Assembly: GCA_032718475.1 (NCBI GenBank) | Contig: JAUCBJ010006468.1 | Location: 1-64,000 of the forward strand | Reading direction: 5' to 3' | Origin: Nemertoderma westbladi | Taxonomy: Eukaryota; Animalia; Xenacoelomorpha | DNA length: 64,000 nucleotides | Shown here: piece by piece, positions 27,064-39,417 of the stretch | How the letters are laid out: each line of letters starts with the position of its first letter | Numbering within the stretch: the first letter of the stretch is position 1 | Position numbers and translations under genes: made by a program | The notes under the pieces: generated by a model | Told to the model about the DNA's origin: nothing | The model's input: only the letters and a program-made list of their open reading frames with translations | Database searches by the model: none

Positions 27064-27875
27064 ATGTTGGTTAGGTTGGTTTATTTGTAGGCCTAGACCG
27101 TTATATTGGATAGGTTGGTTTATTTGTACACCGTTATATTGGTTAGGTTGGTTTATCTGTATACCGTTATGTTGATTAGGTTGGTGTATCTGTACACCGT
27201 TATATTGGTTAGGTTGGTGTATCTGTACACCGTTATGTTGGTTAGGTTGCTGTATCTGTACACCGTTATATTGGTTAGGTTGGTGTATCTGTACAGTACA
27301 CAGTTATGTTGGTTAGGTTGGTATTTGTACACCGTTATATTGGTTAGGTTGGTGTATCTGTACACCGTTATTTTGGTTAGGTTGGTGTATCTGTACAGTA
27401 CACAGTTATGTTGGTTAGGTTGGTATTTGTACACCGTTATATTGGTTAGGTTGGTGTATCTGTACACCGTTATGTTGGTTAGGTTGCTGTATCTGTACAC
27501 CGTTATATTGGTTAGGTTGGTGTATCTGTACAGTACACACTTATGTTGGTTAGGTTGGTATTTTTACACCGTTATGTTGGTTAGGTTGGTGTATCTGTAC
27601 ACCGTTATGTTGGTTAGGTTGGTATTTTTACACCGTTATGTTGGTTAGGTTGGTGTATCTGTACACCGTTATGTTGGTTAGGTTTGTATTTTTACACCGT
27701 TATATTGGTTAGGTTGGTGTATCTGTACACCGTTATGTTGGTTAGGTTGGTATTTTTACACCGTTATATTGGTTAGGTTGGTGTATCTGTACAGTACACA
27801 GTTATGTTGGTTAGGTTGGTGTATTTTTACACCGTTATATTGGTTAGGTTGGTGTATCTGTACACCGTTATGTTA
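27064..27875. repeat. ~33-bp minisatellite (accgttatattggttaggttggtgtatctgtac)
   Basis: Directly visible tandem array. Confidence 0.96.
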
Positions 27876-29347
27876 GATCCGATCCAATGGTTTACAAATG
27901 CATTAAGGCGCAGTCGTGAGTACCGGTACTGCATTTAGGTATATCTGAGATTCTAAGAATGTAGGCGCTATAAGAATTTAGGTGAAATGATATCTACCAC
28001 CCGGTCATGATCTATGGTCATCTTATCATTGGTCCTGTTACTCACTACATTATTTTTAATTGGAATAAATATGTGAAACAATGCTATCATACCTTCATTT
28101 TAGATATTATAGGCAATAGACCCACTATTGTATTTTAGAATTTACTCGCAGTCTATTTGTGGACCTGATATAAGGGGCTTCTACAATTGTACAGTAATAG
28201 GTTATGATGTGGGGCGAGCCACGAAGTCTAGATGAGCCTTTGCGTATAGCGGTATAATTAGTGGACCGTAAGTCGTCGTCATCATAGTCATTGGAAATGT
28301 TTGATTGTTAATATGTATGTGGCTCAATCTTATATGAAATGGAACCAAGCTTGATACTTGGTACACATTGCTTCGCAAAGGCCCATCAGCATTCGCGCTC
28401 CGAGAATTCCCCACGTACGCTTTTTCCATACATAGAACCAAATAAATTATACAGACGTATTATAATGCCGAACTCTTGATGCAGTGATGAAATTATAATC
28501 CAATAAGAAACATTCTATACAACGTGAACATTTTCATTGGTAGTTAGTTATGTTAGTGCATAACTTACATATTCCATATAACAAGTGCCATCTGTCAAAA
28601 TGTTCACTTTAGTTCCCATCTAAAAGTTGCCCAAAACTGCACTTAATTCGACTATCCTTTGCTGACTTTCAGAAGTCTAGGTGAGTAATAATAATTATAT
28701 ACTTAATGTCAATAATGTCGTAATTATTTATATGATTATATAGTGAGAGGTGATTTAATGTCAGAACTCCAGCGGACTTCCAATGTGCGTTATTACAATA
28801 CAACTTCAATTTAAGTCATTTTATTAGAAAATTTATATACAAATTTATCGACAGAAATACTCCTTATACTGGCACCCTTCCATGCTGTAGAACGTCATCA
28901 AACTTCACATATAGTTCACCCCTAAGTGTAATCTTGTAATGTTAAAATTTCGATTGGTAGATTCTTTTAATAAGGTGTGTTTGTAAAATAATAATTGTCG
29001 AAACGAGGCATATGGGGATATGTTCGAGGCAAAAGTGATAAATAGAATAATTAGTCATTGTGAGTAGATCCCGTCCGGTCTTCGTAGTTCGGAAATCACT
29101 CAACGATTCCTGTGTATGTCTTTAGCTGATAATATTTTACCTTCTTGTCTTAATCCATCTCACTCTGGTCTCGACCAAGGGCCCTGCTGTGATTTAAATG
29201 TCTGACAATTTTTTTTGGAAAAGGCGTTCCAATGGCGCGATAAAATTTTACAACCACATTAGAACGTGTTTCGGTTTCGATTAACTTTTCATATTTGTTT
29301 TATATTCGATAATGTATTCGATGTACATTAGTTTACACATTACAGTT

Positions 29348-30225
29348 CACCATAACCCTTAATACAAAAACCATTTTTAGGGTGTCGGAGCCCCCCCCCC
29401 CCCCCCCCTAATTTTTTTAAAATATCAATAAAATGCTACGAAATTTGGTATGATGATAGATCGACACCTTTTCTTACTTGGCCGGAATTTTCAATTTCTC
29501 AGTTATTTCCATACAACAATCCCTTAAAAAATGTCTATTTAGCAATGTTTAACCACCTTCGTAGACTTTATTTTACGTCTTTGAAATGTAATCTAGATAT
29601 CATTAGAACCGCCTTCGTCTGTAAATTCCGAATCTGAAAACCGTTTTAAATTTAACCAAAAATTGGTAAAGATATTATCAAAATACTAATGTGTAAATTT
29701 AGAGACGTAAATCGCTATAATTCTGATGTTTTGTTGTCTTTATTCTAGAATATTAATTATTATTTAGCTGAGCGTTTAAAACTCTCCATCTTGTTTTTTC
29801 CTTACCCTTAATTAATATTCTAGAATTGAGTAAATAAAACATTAGAATTATAGCGATTTACGTCACAAAAATTTACACCTTAGTATTTTGATAATATCTC
29901 CGGAAGTTCTTGGTGAAATTTACAAAGGATTTCCTATTCGGAATCTGCAGATGAAGGCGGTTCTAATGATATCTAGATCTCATTCCAAAGACGAAACATA
30001 AAGCCGACGGAGGTGGCTAAATATTGCGAAATAGACGATTTTTAACGGCTTGTTGTATCGAAATAGCTCATAAATTAAAAAATCCGGCCAGGCCACCAGT
30101 AAGAAAAGGTGTCGATCTATCATCATACAAAATTTCGTAGCATTTTATTGAAATTTGAAAAAAATTAGGGGGGGGGGGGTGGCTCCGACCACCTAAAAAT
30201 GGTTGTTGTATTAAGGGTTATGGTG
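29348..30225. mobile_element. Palindromic non-autonomous DNA element (~410-bp inverted arms, ~50-bp spacer)
   Basis: caccataacccttaataca... at 29348 versus ...tgtattaagggttatggtg at 30225. The arms are complementary throughout, including the poly-C/poly-G runs. Confidence 0.88.
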
Positions 30226-30845
30226 TATCTTTATCGCACCGCTGACACTGGTTTACCGGTCTTACATTCTCTAGTATTTTTTTCATATAAATATTTAGAT
30301 TTACTTTATGCAATATTTAACAATAATGGCTCTATGTGAGCATGTTGTAGTAGTGAACAGAAATTGAAAAATTGAAATTAAATGATTTCGCTGAGTCTAC
30401 GGTATTCATGAATACATTAAACACTGCACCGAAAGACCACTGTTTCATAATGATACTAATCATCCGATCACACTACATTTACTTCCACGCTACAGTCGCA
30501 TATTGTATCCGGGGTTATTGCCCATCTCTCATCATATTGGTTTTATATTCGCTCACAGTCATTACATTTATCATTGGTCACCAAATTACAAACTTACAGT
30601 CGCGACTTACAAAATTCGCGACTGATAAAGTGCACACTGAATAATAGCTTACGACATAATTACTTCCCGGGGCCGCGGGGTCCCACTGTGCCAGTGTAGA
30701 CTATCAGTAGCAATAAACTGTTAATTATCTAAGGATGATGATCATGATAATTTTATTGGTTTTGCAGAGCTTGCTAACTGGACAACATCAGACGTTCACG
30801 ATTTCACTGGCATTACACAACGAACTGTTTCCAAAAGATACAGCC

Positions 30846-30897
30846 ATGGTGATCTCATTGGCATTGATGCTTCTATTTGCTTCTAAAACATTAGCAG
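30846..30897 (+). CDS. Host gene coding exon 1: signal peptide MVISLALMLLFASKTLA
   Basis: Acceptor ttttgcag at ~30767, Kozak gccATGG and a phase-1 donor G|gttaat compatible with the acceptor at 48959. Confidence 0.7.
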
Positions 30898-31674
30898 GTT
30901 AATTAAAACTATTGTCTACTATAATCTGTTTAAATCTTAATGGTATTGCATAAAATTTGAAACAGAGATAGTTTCTAATTTTCCCATTTCTTGGGTGAGC
31001 CAGAATTTTCATTTATTTTCGATTTAATTTTTTAGCTACAAGCGTTTAAAAAATGTGTCTCTGTCGAAATTCCACCAGTTTACCATTATGTCTACTAATT
31101 TACGACGAATTTCAGCATTATTTGTAATCCTTGGATGGCCAGCTTTACAGTAGGCCTACCAACAAATCACCATAAAAGGTTTAAGATTAATTGCGTTTTA
31201 ACTGGTGCAACATCCATGGAGATACCTTTACTGTTTATGTCTATCATACGGTGATGCCGCAGGCTCACAATAGCTCACGTTATGAACTGTAGCCATAGTT
31301 ACAGGGTGTGTTCGATAGTCCCCTCCATGTCATGTCGCCTTCCACCTTAACACCCTCCACCATGAAGTTCATTAATATGTTAAGACTCACTCTTTTAGAA
31401 ACAGTTTTTAGCTATAATTTTAATTTGAATATATTATTTACTTATTTTATGTACTATGTCAATTAAATTATATCTATGATGATATTTATCTGTTGGATGA
31501 ATTAAACAGAATAAATTAAAAAGTAGAATTAAATAAAATGAGTTCACTTTCTAGAAAATAGAGGTGAAAAAATGACAACTTACAATTTTGAAAACAAAAT
31601 AATATGAAGTCTTTAGAGAACTAATTTTTGCAATTGGGTCATATGCTGGGACACTGGGTGAACTATGAATTCTA

Positions 31675-32516
31675 CTATTACTACTTCTATTACTAGGATC
31701 GGCATACTGCATTGCAGCTGCATTTTTAAGAATGCTGTGCCGGCTTGTCGATAAAATCGCGCCGGTACAATTCTCTAACACCCATAACATTTGCTAGATC
31801 ATCCGCATCTTCAAGGCCAGTGTCCTATAAGATGCGTCTCAAGAAATTCATGGGCTGTCCGCCATGCATATTCACTCCATGAGGCTGCCAAAGTACAAGA
31901 TTATGCACTGGCTGGTTCTCACGGCGAAAGCAATGTCCTGCAAAGCGGAGGCGGCTCTGTTCTAGTGTCAAGCTTGAGGGAACCAATGCAACACCTCCAA
32001 TGTTGTATAGTGTCTGGTTGGAGATGTGTGCATTGTACTTGACGCAATGAACCCGGCGTAGCATTTTTGTAAATGTATCATCCAAGATTTGGTGTCCTCA
32101 GCAGTTAGAGCCCAGCATGGACTCCCATAGAGGAGTACTGGAACTACTGCTTCTCTAAATAATCGTACCTTAAGTTTCCGATTAATTGTCAGTGACATCC
32201 AAATCCTGGAAAGCCTATTCAAGGCTGCCCATGCCTTTCCCTTACGTATTCGATGGTCCTCACCTGACTTGCGGATCCATGATCCCAGGTAACAGAAGTC
32301 GTCTACATGTTCAAGCATACTATCCTTTGAGCTTATGCTCATCCGGTCAGAAACTTGCTGAGGATTTTCAAAGTTAACTGTCAAAATCTTGGAGTTAACA
32401 AAAAGACCAACACTAGAAGCAGCTTGTTCTAATGAATTGTGGAGCCGTTGGGCTCCCTCTAGTGATTCTGAGAGAACTCCTAAGTCATCAGCAAAGTCTA
32501 GATCAGTTAGGTTCTT
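31675..32516 (-). mobile_element. RTE LINE 3' fragment (same family as 11871-13277), continuing at 48475-48605
   Basis: LTDLDFADD...YLGS...LRFAGHCFR, colinear with 11875-12710. The upstream part resumes after the foldback element. Confidence 0.9.
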
Positions 32517-32976
32517 GGTTATATTGAAAAATATCGAGACATGAAAAATATCGAGAGTAAAAATAACGCGAGTAAAAACATCGAGTGTTGAAAAATAACG
32601 ATAATATCGAGAGTTCAAAAAATATCGAGAGTAAAATATCGAGGGTAAAAATATCGAGAGTAAAAACATCGAGTGTTGAAAAACATCGAGAGTAAAAATA
32701 TCGAGTGTTGAAAAATATCGAGAGTAAAAATATCGAGTGTTGCAAAATATCGAGAGTAAAAATATCGAGTGTTGAAAAATATCGAGAGTAAAAATATCGA
32801 GTGTTGAAAAATATCGAGAGTAAATATATTGAGTGTTGAAAAATATCGAGAGTAAAAATATCGAGTGTTGAAAAATATCGAGTGTTGAAAAATATCGAGT
32901 GTTGAAAAATATCGAGTGTTGAAAAATATAGAGAGTAAAAATATCGATAGTAATAATTTTTTTAAATAAGGGTTGT

Positions 32977-34484
32977 TGTTACCGTTATTCCCGACACCAT
33001 GGGGGAAAAAGGCCGATGCTGGAGGCGGAACTTTTCAGACCACGGAATCCCGGCCAGTCACCGGATATTGATTGTGGAGAAGGAATACGTTCTTAAATGC
33101 AAGATTGCGGTTGAGGAAAAGCTTCATTGGTTGGATATACTCTTTAATGTAACTTCCCTACAGTTGAACCTTGTTCAACATTGAACCTTGATTGAGAATA
33201 AGTTGGGCTTCCCCAAATCAATATACACCAAATATTCACAATAATAATACACGACAATATAAATCCCTACAGTATATTATTTAATTACCCACTCGCTCAG
33301 ATTTTAGCCTAACTAATGTTCCCCGATTTTCCCTCTTGTCCTAGTCTTGGTGCCGTAGTGTCGGTGTCGGTCGACCCTGTTGCGTGTCCGTACCACCCTT
33401 CCCGAACCCCGAAGGGATCGGTCATCAGGAACCAGTACGGCTTGGCTAAGGGTCGGTCCAGTCGGTAGACTCTGTTGCGTATCCGTACCACCCCTCCCGA
33501 ACCCCGAAGGGATCAGTCATCGAGAACCAGTACGGCTTGGCTAGGAGTCTGTCATGTCGGTGGACCCGTTCGCGTGTCCATCCCACCCCTCCCGAACCCC
33601 GAAGGGATCGATCATCGAGAACCAGTACGGCTTAGCTAGGGGTCCGTCGGTTCATCGCAGAGCCCAACCACCTAGGCTTTCCGAGTCCTTATTCAGGCTC
33701 GTAGTCGCTTCGGCAGCCGAGAAACTGCTCCGAACAGTCGGTAGGCCAGTAGAGTCCAGTCCTTTGTCTTTCGACCCCGTTGCGTGTCGGTCCCACCCCT
33801 CCCGAACCCCGAAGGGATCGATCATCGAGAACCAGTACGGCTTGGCTAAGGGGTCTGTCGTCGGTTCCTGTCGCAAATCCCTGGCACAGGCAGCAGACTT
33901 TCCGATGTCCTTTTCAGGCTCGTAATAACTGCTGTTGAACAGAGACCACTAAGGGCAGTCCTCGTCAAACCCTTCCTCTGTTAGTCGGTCGACCCTTTCG
34001 CGTGTCCGTACCACCCCTCATGAACCCCGAAGGGATCGGTCATCGAGAACCAGTATGGCTTGGCTAAGGGGTCTGTCGTCGTTTCCCGTCGCAAATCGCT
34101 GACACAAGCAGCAGACTTTCCGATGTCCTTTTCAGGCTCGTAATAACTGCTGTTGGCCAGGGACCGCTAAGGGCAGTCCTTGTCCTTTAGACCTAGCGAG
34201 TTACCAAATCCACCTCTACAGGCAGCAGGAAGTTGGCTAGGCCTAATAGTAGTCAGGTAAACCTGAATACTGCTTAATTTTTCCTTCCCCCCTGGCCCTT
34301 ATATACATGAAATGAGTCCCGTACCCCGTAAGTCGCCCCAATATTCGCCCATAAATCGCCCCCAGTCCATCGAGTGTGCCCAAAACCCATGTTCCCGCAC
34401 CCAGTAGTGATATCGGAATAATCATTTTAAATAAATCCAAAAAATATTCAACTCGCGTTATGAAAAGTTGAAATACTGCGAACA
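32977..34484 (-). repeat. 3' LTR of element D, with five internal ~70-bp repeats
   Basis: Direct repeat of 46174-47701. Confidence 0.95.
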
Positions 34485-34656
34485 GTCCCCCCCAATGACC
34501 TTCGTGAGGTCTATCGGTAGATCGAGTTTGCGTAGGTCATTTCCCATATAAAAAACCCAAAATTTAATATTGCATAGTCTTGATTAATTTGGCCTAGAGT
34601 TAATATATATATAAAATAAATGTTCAATATAAATGTTCCTGGAATATCCTGGTCCT

Positions 34657-37250
34657 CTATTTCTTGCTCTGATACGCCTTTCTCCTCTTCGCCCGTCGAC
34701 TCTCGTCGATCGCTAGAGCTGGTAGGGGAGCATCGACATCCATCGTGAGCAACTTTCGGCTTGTCTCCTGGCGGCTCTTCCTTTCGATGGCAATGGGATC
34801 ATATCGGTTCGTCTTTCCAACTCGGTGTTGCGCGCCTCGAGGAACCACTTTCCGTCACCAAACTCTTCTTTATACGAATATAAGCGTGGAAGGATCTCGA
34901 ATGGGCCGAACAATCCGGCGCTTAGCAACAGATCCACGTAATGGAATGGTAACGTCACTGTTGTATAGAGGCGTTCCGGTAAGGAAAAATGCCCACACGC
35001 CATTTCCTGCGTGATATTCCGAGCGTTTCTCCGTACCTTAGTCTTTATGTGGCTATTTGCGTAAGTTTCGAACATAACAAGATTTCCCATAGCGGTAACA
35101 TTTTATATTGCAGCGGGGGCTAGCAGAATGTCCACGGAAACCGCAAGTTGTGCAGAGGTTATAGAGGATTGGACAAACTGAGACGTCGTGTCCCGATGTC
35201 GCGCAGTATGGACAATACAGAATCCCGAGGAGCTGTAGGCACGAATCTATCGAATCTAATCTACGAATCGATTTCGTCTACTGCGTGGGCACTGCTCCGA
35301 ACCGCAGTCTGCGCATATCTCTAACTGCATCTCCCGACCGAAGAAGATCGGGATCGGGACGCCGATGTAATACTCGAGTCGTCGGTCGCTCTTTTGAATA
35401 TTCGCTGTGGCCGGTAGCCCGCGAAAGGCTGGGCTTTGGCGTAGTAGGTTCTCGCTCCGATAGCCTTCTTTATGTCCCGCTGGCCTCATCTCGGACGACC
35501 GTTTCTGGCGGTGGATCCATTCGGTCTGCTCGGCGTACCATCGCGTTAGTCGCATAGGATCCTGTGGAACGGAGGGGGTAGTTGTCACTGCTGGTCGGCG
35601 AAGAGGTGCCGGGGTTTTCGACGGAGGGATTCCGAGGAGATCTTCGGGAGTCGGCGCAGCGCTGGGACCCTTCTCGACCAGTATCGCTGAGCGGGTCCGT
35701 TGAGTGCTGGTACTCGGAATCTCCGAAGACCAGTCTTCGCCGCCCAGGAAAGGATATGGGGATAAACTCTGGCATATGTCGCCAAAGTCGCTCAACGCGG
35801 AGGTAGTGACTAACTCCCTCGCAGGGCTACCGGAACCGAGTGGGGTGGAAGCACCTGCTTCCGTCGCAGGTTCGGCCGAGGCAACCCGTTTGGCGGCCGA
35901 TTCGTACGCGGCTTCCGGCTCGAGTGGTCGCATTGGGGTGGATAGTAGAACGCCTTCCTGTAGCCATAGTTCTTCCCCTTCTGAGGAAATCAGAGGCTCC
36001 TCCAGACCGAGAAGATCGGTAATCGTAGGGATGTCGTAAGGTCCGTTCTCATCCCAGGAATCGATAACGGTGAGCGTTTTTGTCTCTCCCGGTGTAATAT
36101 TCTCGACCTCTTTGAAGGCGTGGCTGATAACTTCATTCCAGTCGTAGTCGATAAAGGAACGAGGAACCGCCGTAATGAGGTTATCGAGAGTTTTACATAT
36201 GAACTTAGCGACGGTGTAGGACTCCATAATGACGTAGATGTAGTTCCGTCGGTCCGGATTTTCCCACCTTTGGTGTATCGTCCACTTCCTGTCAACGTCC
36301 TTCCATCGACCCTCTCGCTCGCTCTTTATTTCCAATCCCGGGTATCCACCATATATCTTATTATAGTCCTGGAATTTCTGAGGTTTAAAGTCGACGCCGC
36401 CGTTTAGTACTGCGAGGTAGCCGATACCGGATTTCGTCTGTCTCACCTTGTGGAATCCTCGCATGAATTCGGCGGATCGTAGCCAGGCTAATAGAGTCTG
36501 GGTGTCGACGCAATGACTGATGGCATTGAGATCTTCTTTACGGTCTCTCCCGAACGGAGCATTCGCGTAGTCGTTTCGGACGTCCGCTTTTATATCCGAC
36601 CCGATTTTAATGACGTCGAAGTCGAAGAGGATCTTTTGGATCTCCGGAGGTAGTAGCCAGATCACTCCGGCTGTCCGCACCTCCTGCCTGGGTGTCGGAA
36701 ATATTCGACACACCAATACCAAACCGTCAAGGGTTCCGAGGACGATGACCAAGGATCGACCGTATTCTTTCGTCCCGTACTTCTCCTGGTAGTCGTCGCG
36801 ATTCTGGATAATCGATATACGTTCCTCTCGTAGCGTCGTTGCCGCTAGGTTTCCTCAGTGGGTGAGGTACGTACTCTTGTCGTCGACGAAAGTCTGACAT
36901 CGCACCAACGTCATCGCTTTCGAGGTGGGCGTCGCGTTTCCCTCGTTGTCGTATATCAAACATCGGGATTTGTAGACGCTCTGCCGGAACGTATCCCAGT
37001 ACGACAACTCATCCCCTCCGGTAGCCTTTGCGTTCCGAGTTCTTTTCAGTCTCGTACTAGCATCGGCCAACCGGAGGGCTCATAGATTCCGGGAATCCGG
37101 TCCCTCTCGCCCGGAGAATTTGACGACTCACACATTCTCATTTATCAGGGTGCTCCAATTTGTATCAAAGTTAGGGGATCCAGGTTGTGGATATTCCAGT
37201 AGATCTATCGTATTACTTAATTCGCCGATAATTTGGCGATTTGGGTCCAT
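34657..37250 (-). pseudogene. Element D accessory gene: DEDD (WRN/RNase D-like) 3'-5' exonuclease plus CCHC knuckles, frameshifted; main piece 35256-36752
   Basis: LIYDNEG (~36939-36960), LPPEIQKILFDFDVIKIGSDIKAD, VDTQTL, SGIGYL, W...YIYVIMES. Downstream CADC, then CPYCATSGHDVSVC and CTTCGFRGH at ~35115-35215. Colinear with ORF 55130-57352. Confidence 0.72.
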
Positions 37251-37789
37251 ATTTACAATTATGTCCGTTGCAAATTTATATCAGTTAATTATAAATCCAG
37301 AGAGTCTGATACTATAGTGATTGCAGAATAATTCAGTTTATTTTTAATTCAGTTTATTAAATAACATTGCTATATAGGCATCTACCATCTTATTGCTAAT
37401 ACATTCAGCATTTACAGTTACTATAGCTATACATTAATATCCAACCAGTTTTGACTTTTTATGTCCTCTTCTTTTTTCCAATTCTTTTCTTTTTACATTT
37501 TTATACTTTATTTTGTCTTTTTTCATTTCTCATCATTATTTCATTTCACATTTCATTTATTTCAACACATTTCATCATTTATTTCCACCATTTATTTCAC
37601 ATTTCATTTATTTCCACATCATCATTGGGGTTATAGCCCCCTTGCTTTCATCATTTGTTATAAGCGCAGCACCAGGGTGCGCATCATTACATTTTCATCA
37701 TCATACGCATCATCATTCCGTTTATAGTAATGTCGTCTGTTTCCTTTCATCTTTTCCAACTACATTCTATCATCTTCTTTGGGAAATTT

Positions 37790-38225
37790 TCGTCGTGGAA
37801 GGGGTGTTACGCGGCAATCTGGGATCTACAGCTGGGCTAGTTACACCGCCTACGCCCCAAACTGCACACGTAACGGACAATGAAGACGCTGGAAGTGAAG
37901 TCACGTGGAATGCACCAGGGACCCACCAGAATAACACTCCCAACAACATAAAGCTCAGTCGACGAAGTCATGTGGGATGGGGTTACGCAACATTCTGGGA
38001 TCTACAGCTGGACTAGTTACACCGCCTACGCCCCAAAATCCACGCAATGGTCCCCCCAGAATAACGCGACTGAGAACATAAAACCCTCTATCGACGAAGT
38101 CATGTGGATGCACCATGGACCCACCAGAATAACGGGATAGAGGGGGTGTTGCGCGGCAATCCGGGATCTACAGCTGGACTAGTTACACCGCCTACGCCCC
38201 GAACTGCGCACACAACGGACAACAC
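37790..38225. repeat. Three imperfect direct repeats between pol and the accessory gene of D
   Basis: gggatctacagctgg.ctagttacaccgcctacgcccc at ~37820, ~37996 and ~38163. Confidence 0.85.
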
Positions 38226-39024
38226 AACATACTACAATGGATACAATGAATTCCACTTCAAATCTTTACCATTTCCAATAATCCAATGTCATTGGTCCCG
38301 ATGACCAAAATCAGGGTTAACAATACATGAACGACCCTGCGTCAGTTGAAACATCTGCAGGGTGATGCTGGACTCCACATAACACACGAGGAAACACAAA
38401 TACCATTGCGTGGTTACAGTTGGTTTAAGGGGGGTCCATTACTCATTGTCGTTAAATCACAGTTATTAAAGAGTTTGTCAACAGGATGAGAAGGGTTTAA
38501 ACGGGTTTAGCATTGTCACCAATGTCTGCAGCAGGATCCTGAGTAGGGAGCTTATCACCTCTCGTAGAGTCACCGCTGTCATTGCCTTCAAGAAGGCACA
38601 GCCTCTGGATAGGGCGTTGTTAGTGGCCCTTTGCCGTTCGTATCATCACAGTCCTCGCAAGTCCGTCTTTGCTCGGGTGTATTGCCACGACTCGCACCAC
38701 AGGTCAGTGGACACGGTCTTTGAGATCTTCTTTCACTAGCACCATGTCGCCAACTGCGACATTCCTGTAGGTGTTGTTCCACTTCCTCCTGGTCCGGAGG
38801 GTTATGAGGTACTCCTGGGCCCAGATTCTCCACCAATGCGCTGCCAACGCTTGGGCCTTCTTCCAATTTGTATGTCTCGCGATATCGTTGGGATCCGGAA
38901 ACATTGTCTCTGGGAGAATATGGGTTTTGGGTCTTCCCAGTAGGTGGTTAGGAGTGAGGGGCTCCAGGTCTGTGGGGTCGTCGCGGATAGGGACAATGGG
39001 CCAGTTGTTCAGGGTAGCCGTGAT

Positions 39025-39417
39025 ACCATAATATTACACCTTTAATTACAGTTGCAACAGCTCATCTCCAATTTATTTAATTAATATCACCTGGCAGCAA
39101 TACCGAGCTGAATATTTATTTATTTGTACTTCCCTCCTGTTTCACTCTAGCATACTTGAGGCCATTAGGTCCGCTGTTAGAGATAGAATATTTGCAACTT
39201 AAGACTGCCCGTTCAATAGAAGTTGATTAGGTGGGACTGCGAGTGTCAGGGGCTAGTGGCTGAGCTGGTTAGCGCTACTGATGAGGCCTGTTAGGCCGAA
39301 ACGTGCGTATAGCGCTGGTTCAACCCCCGGTGACGCACTCCCATTTTTTCCACTTCTGAACAAACCCATAATATTACACCTTTAATTACAGTTGCAACAG
39401 CTCATCTCCAATTTATT
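39025..39417 (+). mobile_element. Penelope-like/retrozyme-type mini-element with terminal direct repeat
   Basis: 10-bp TSD TAGCCGTGAT at 39015-39024 and 39418-39427. ~53-bp terminal redundancy with 340-bp period. Contains a hammerhead motif. Confidence 0.8.
39269..39318 (+). ncRNA. Type I hammerhead ribozyme (short stem III, Penelope-like)
   Basis: agcgcta CTGATGA ggcc-tgtta-ggcc GAAA cgtgc GTA tagcgct: complete core, stems I and II paired, GUA cleavage triplet. Confidence 0.88.

Noticed and set aside
27106-27648. 180-aa hydrophobic repeat ORF
   Set aside because: Translation of a 33-bp minisatellite.
33383-33450. Hammerhead ribozyme in the D LTR
   Set aside because: CUGAUGA and stem II are present, but there is no GAAA/stem III/NUH, and the other copies read UCGAUGA. 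Kept only as a structured repeat.
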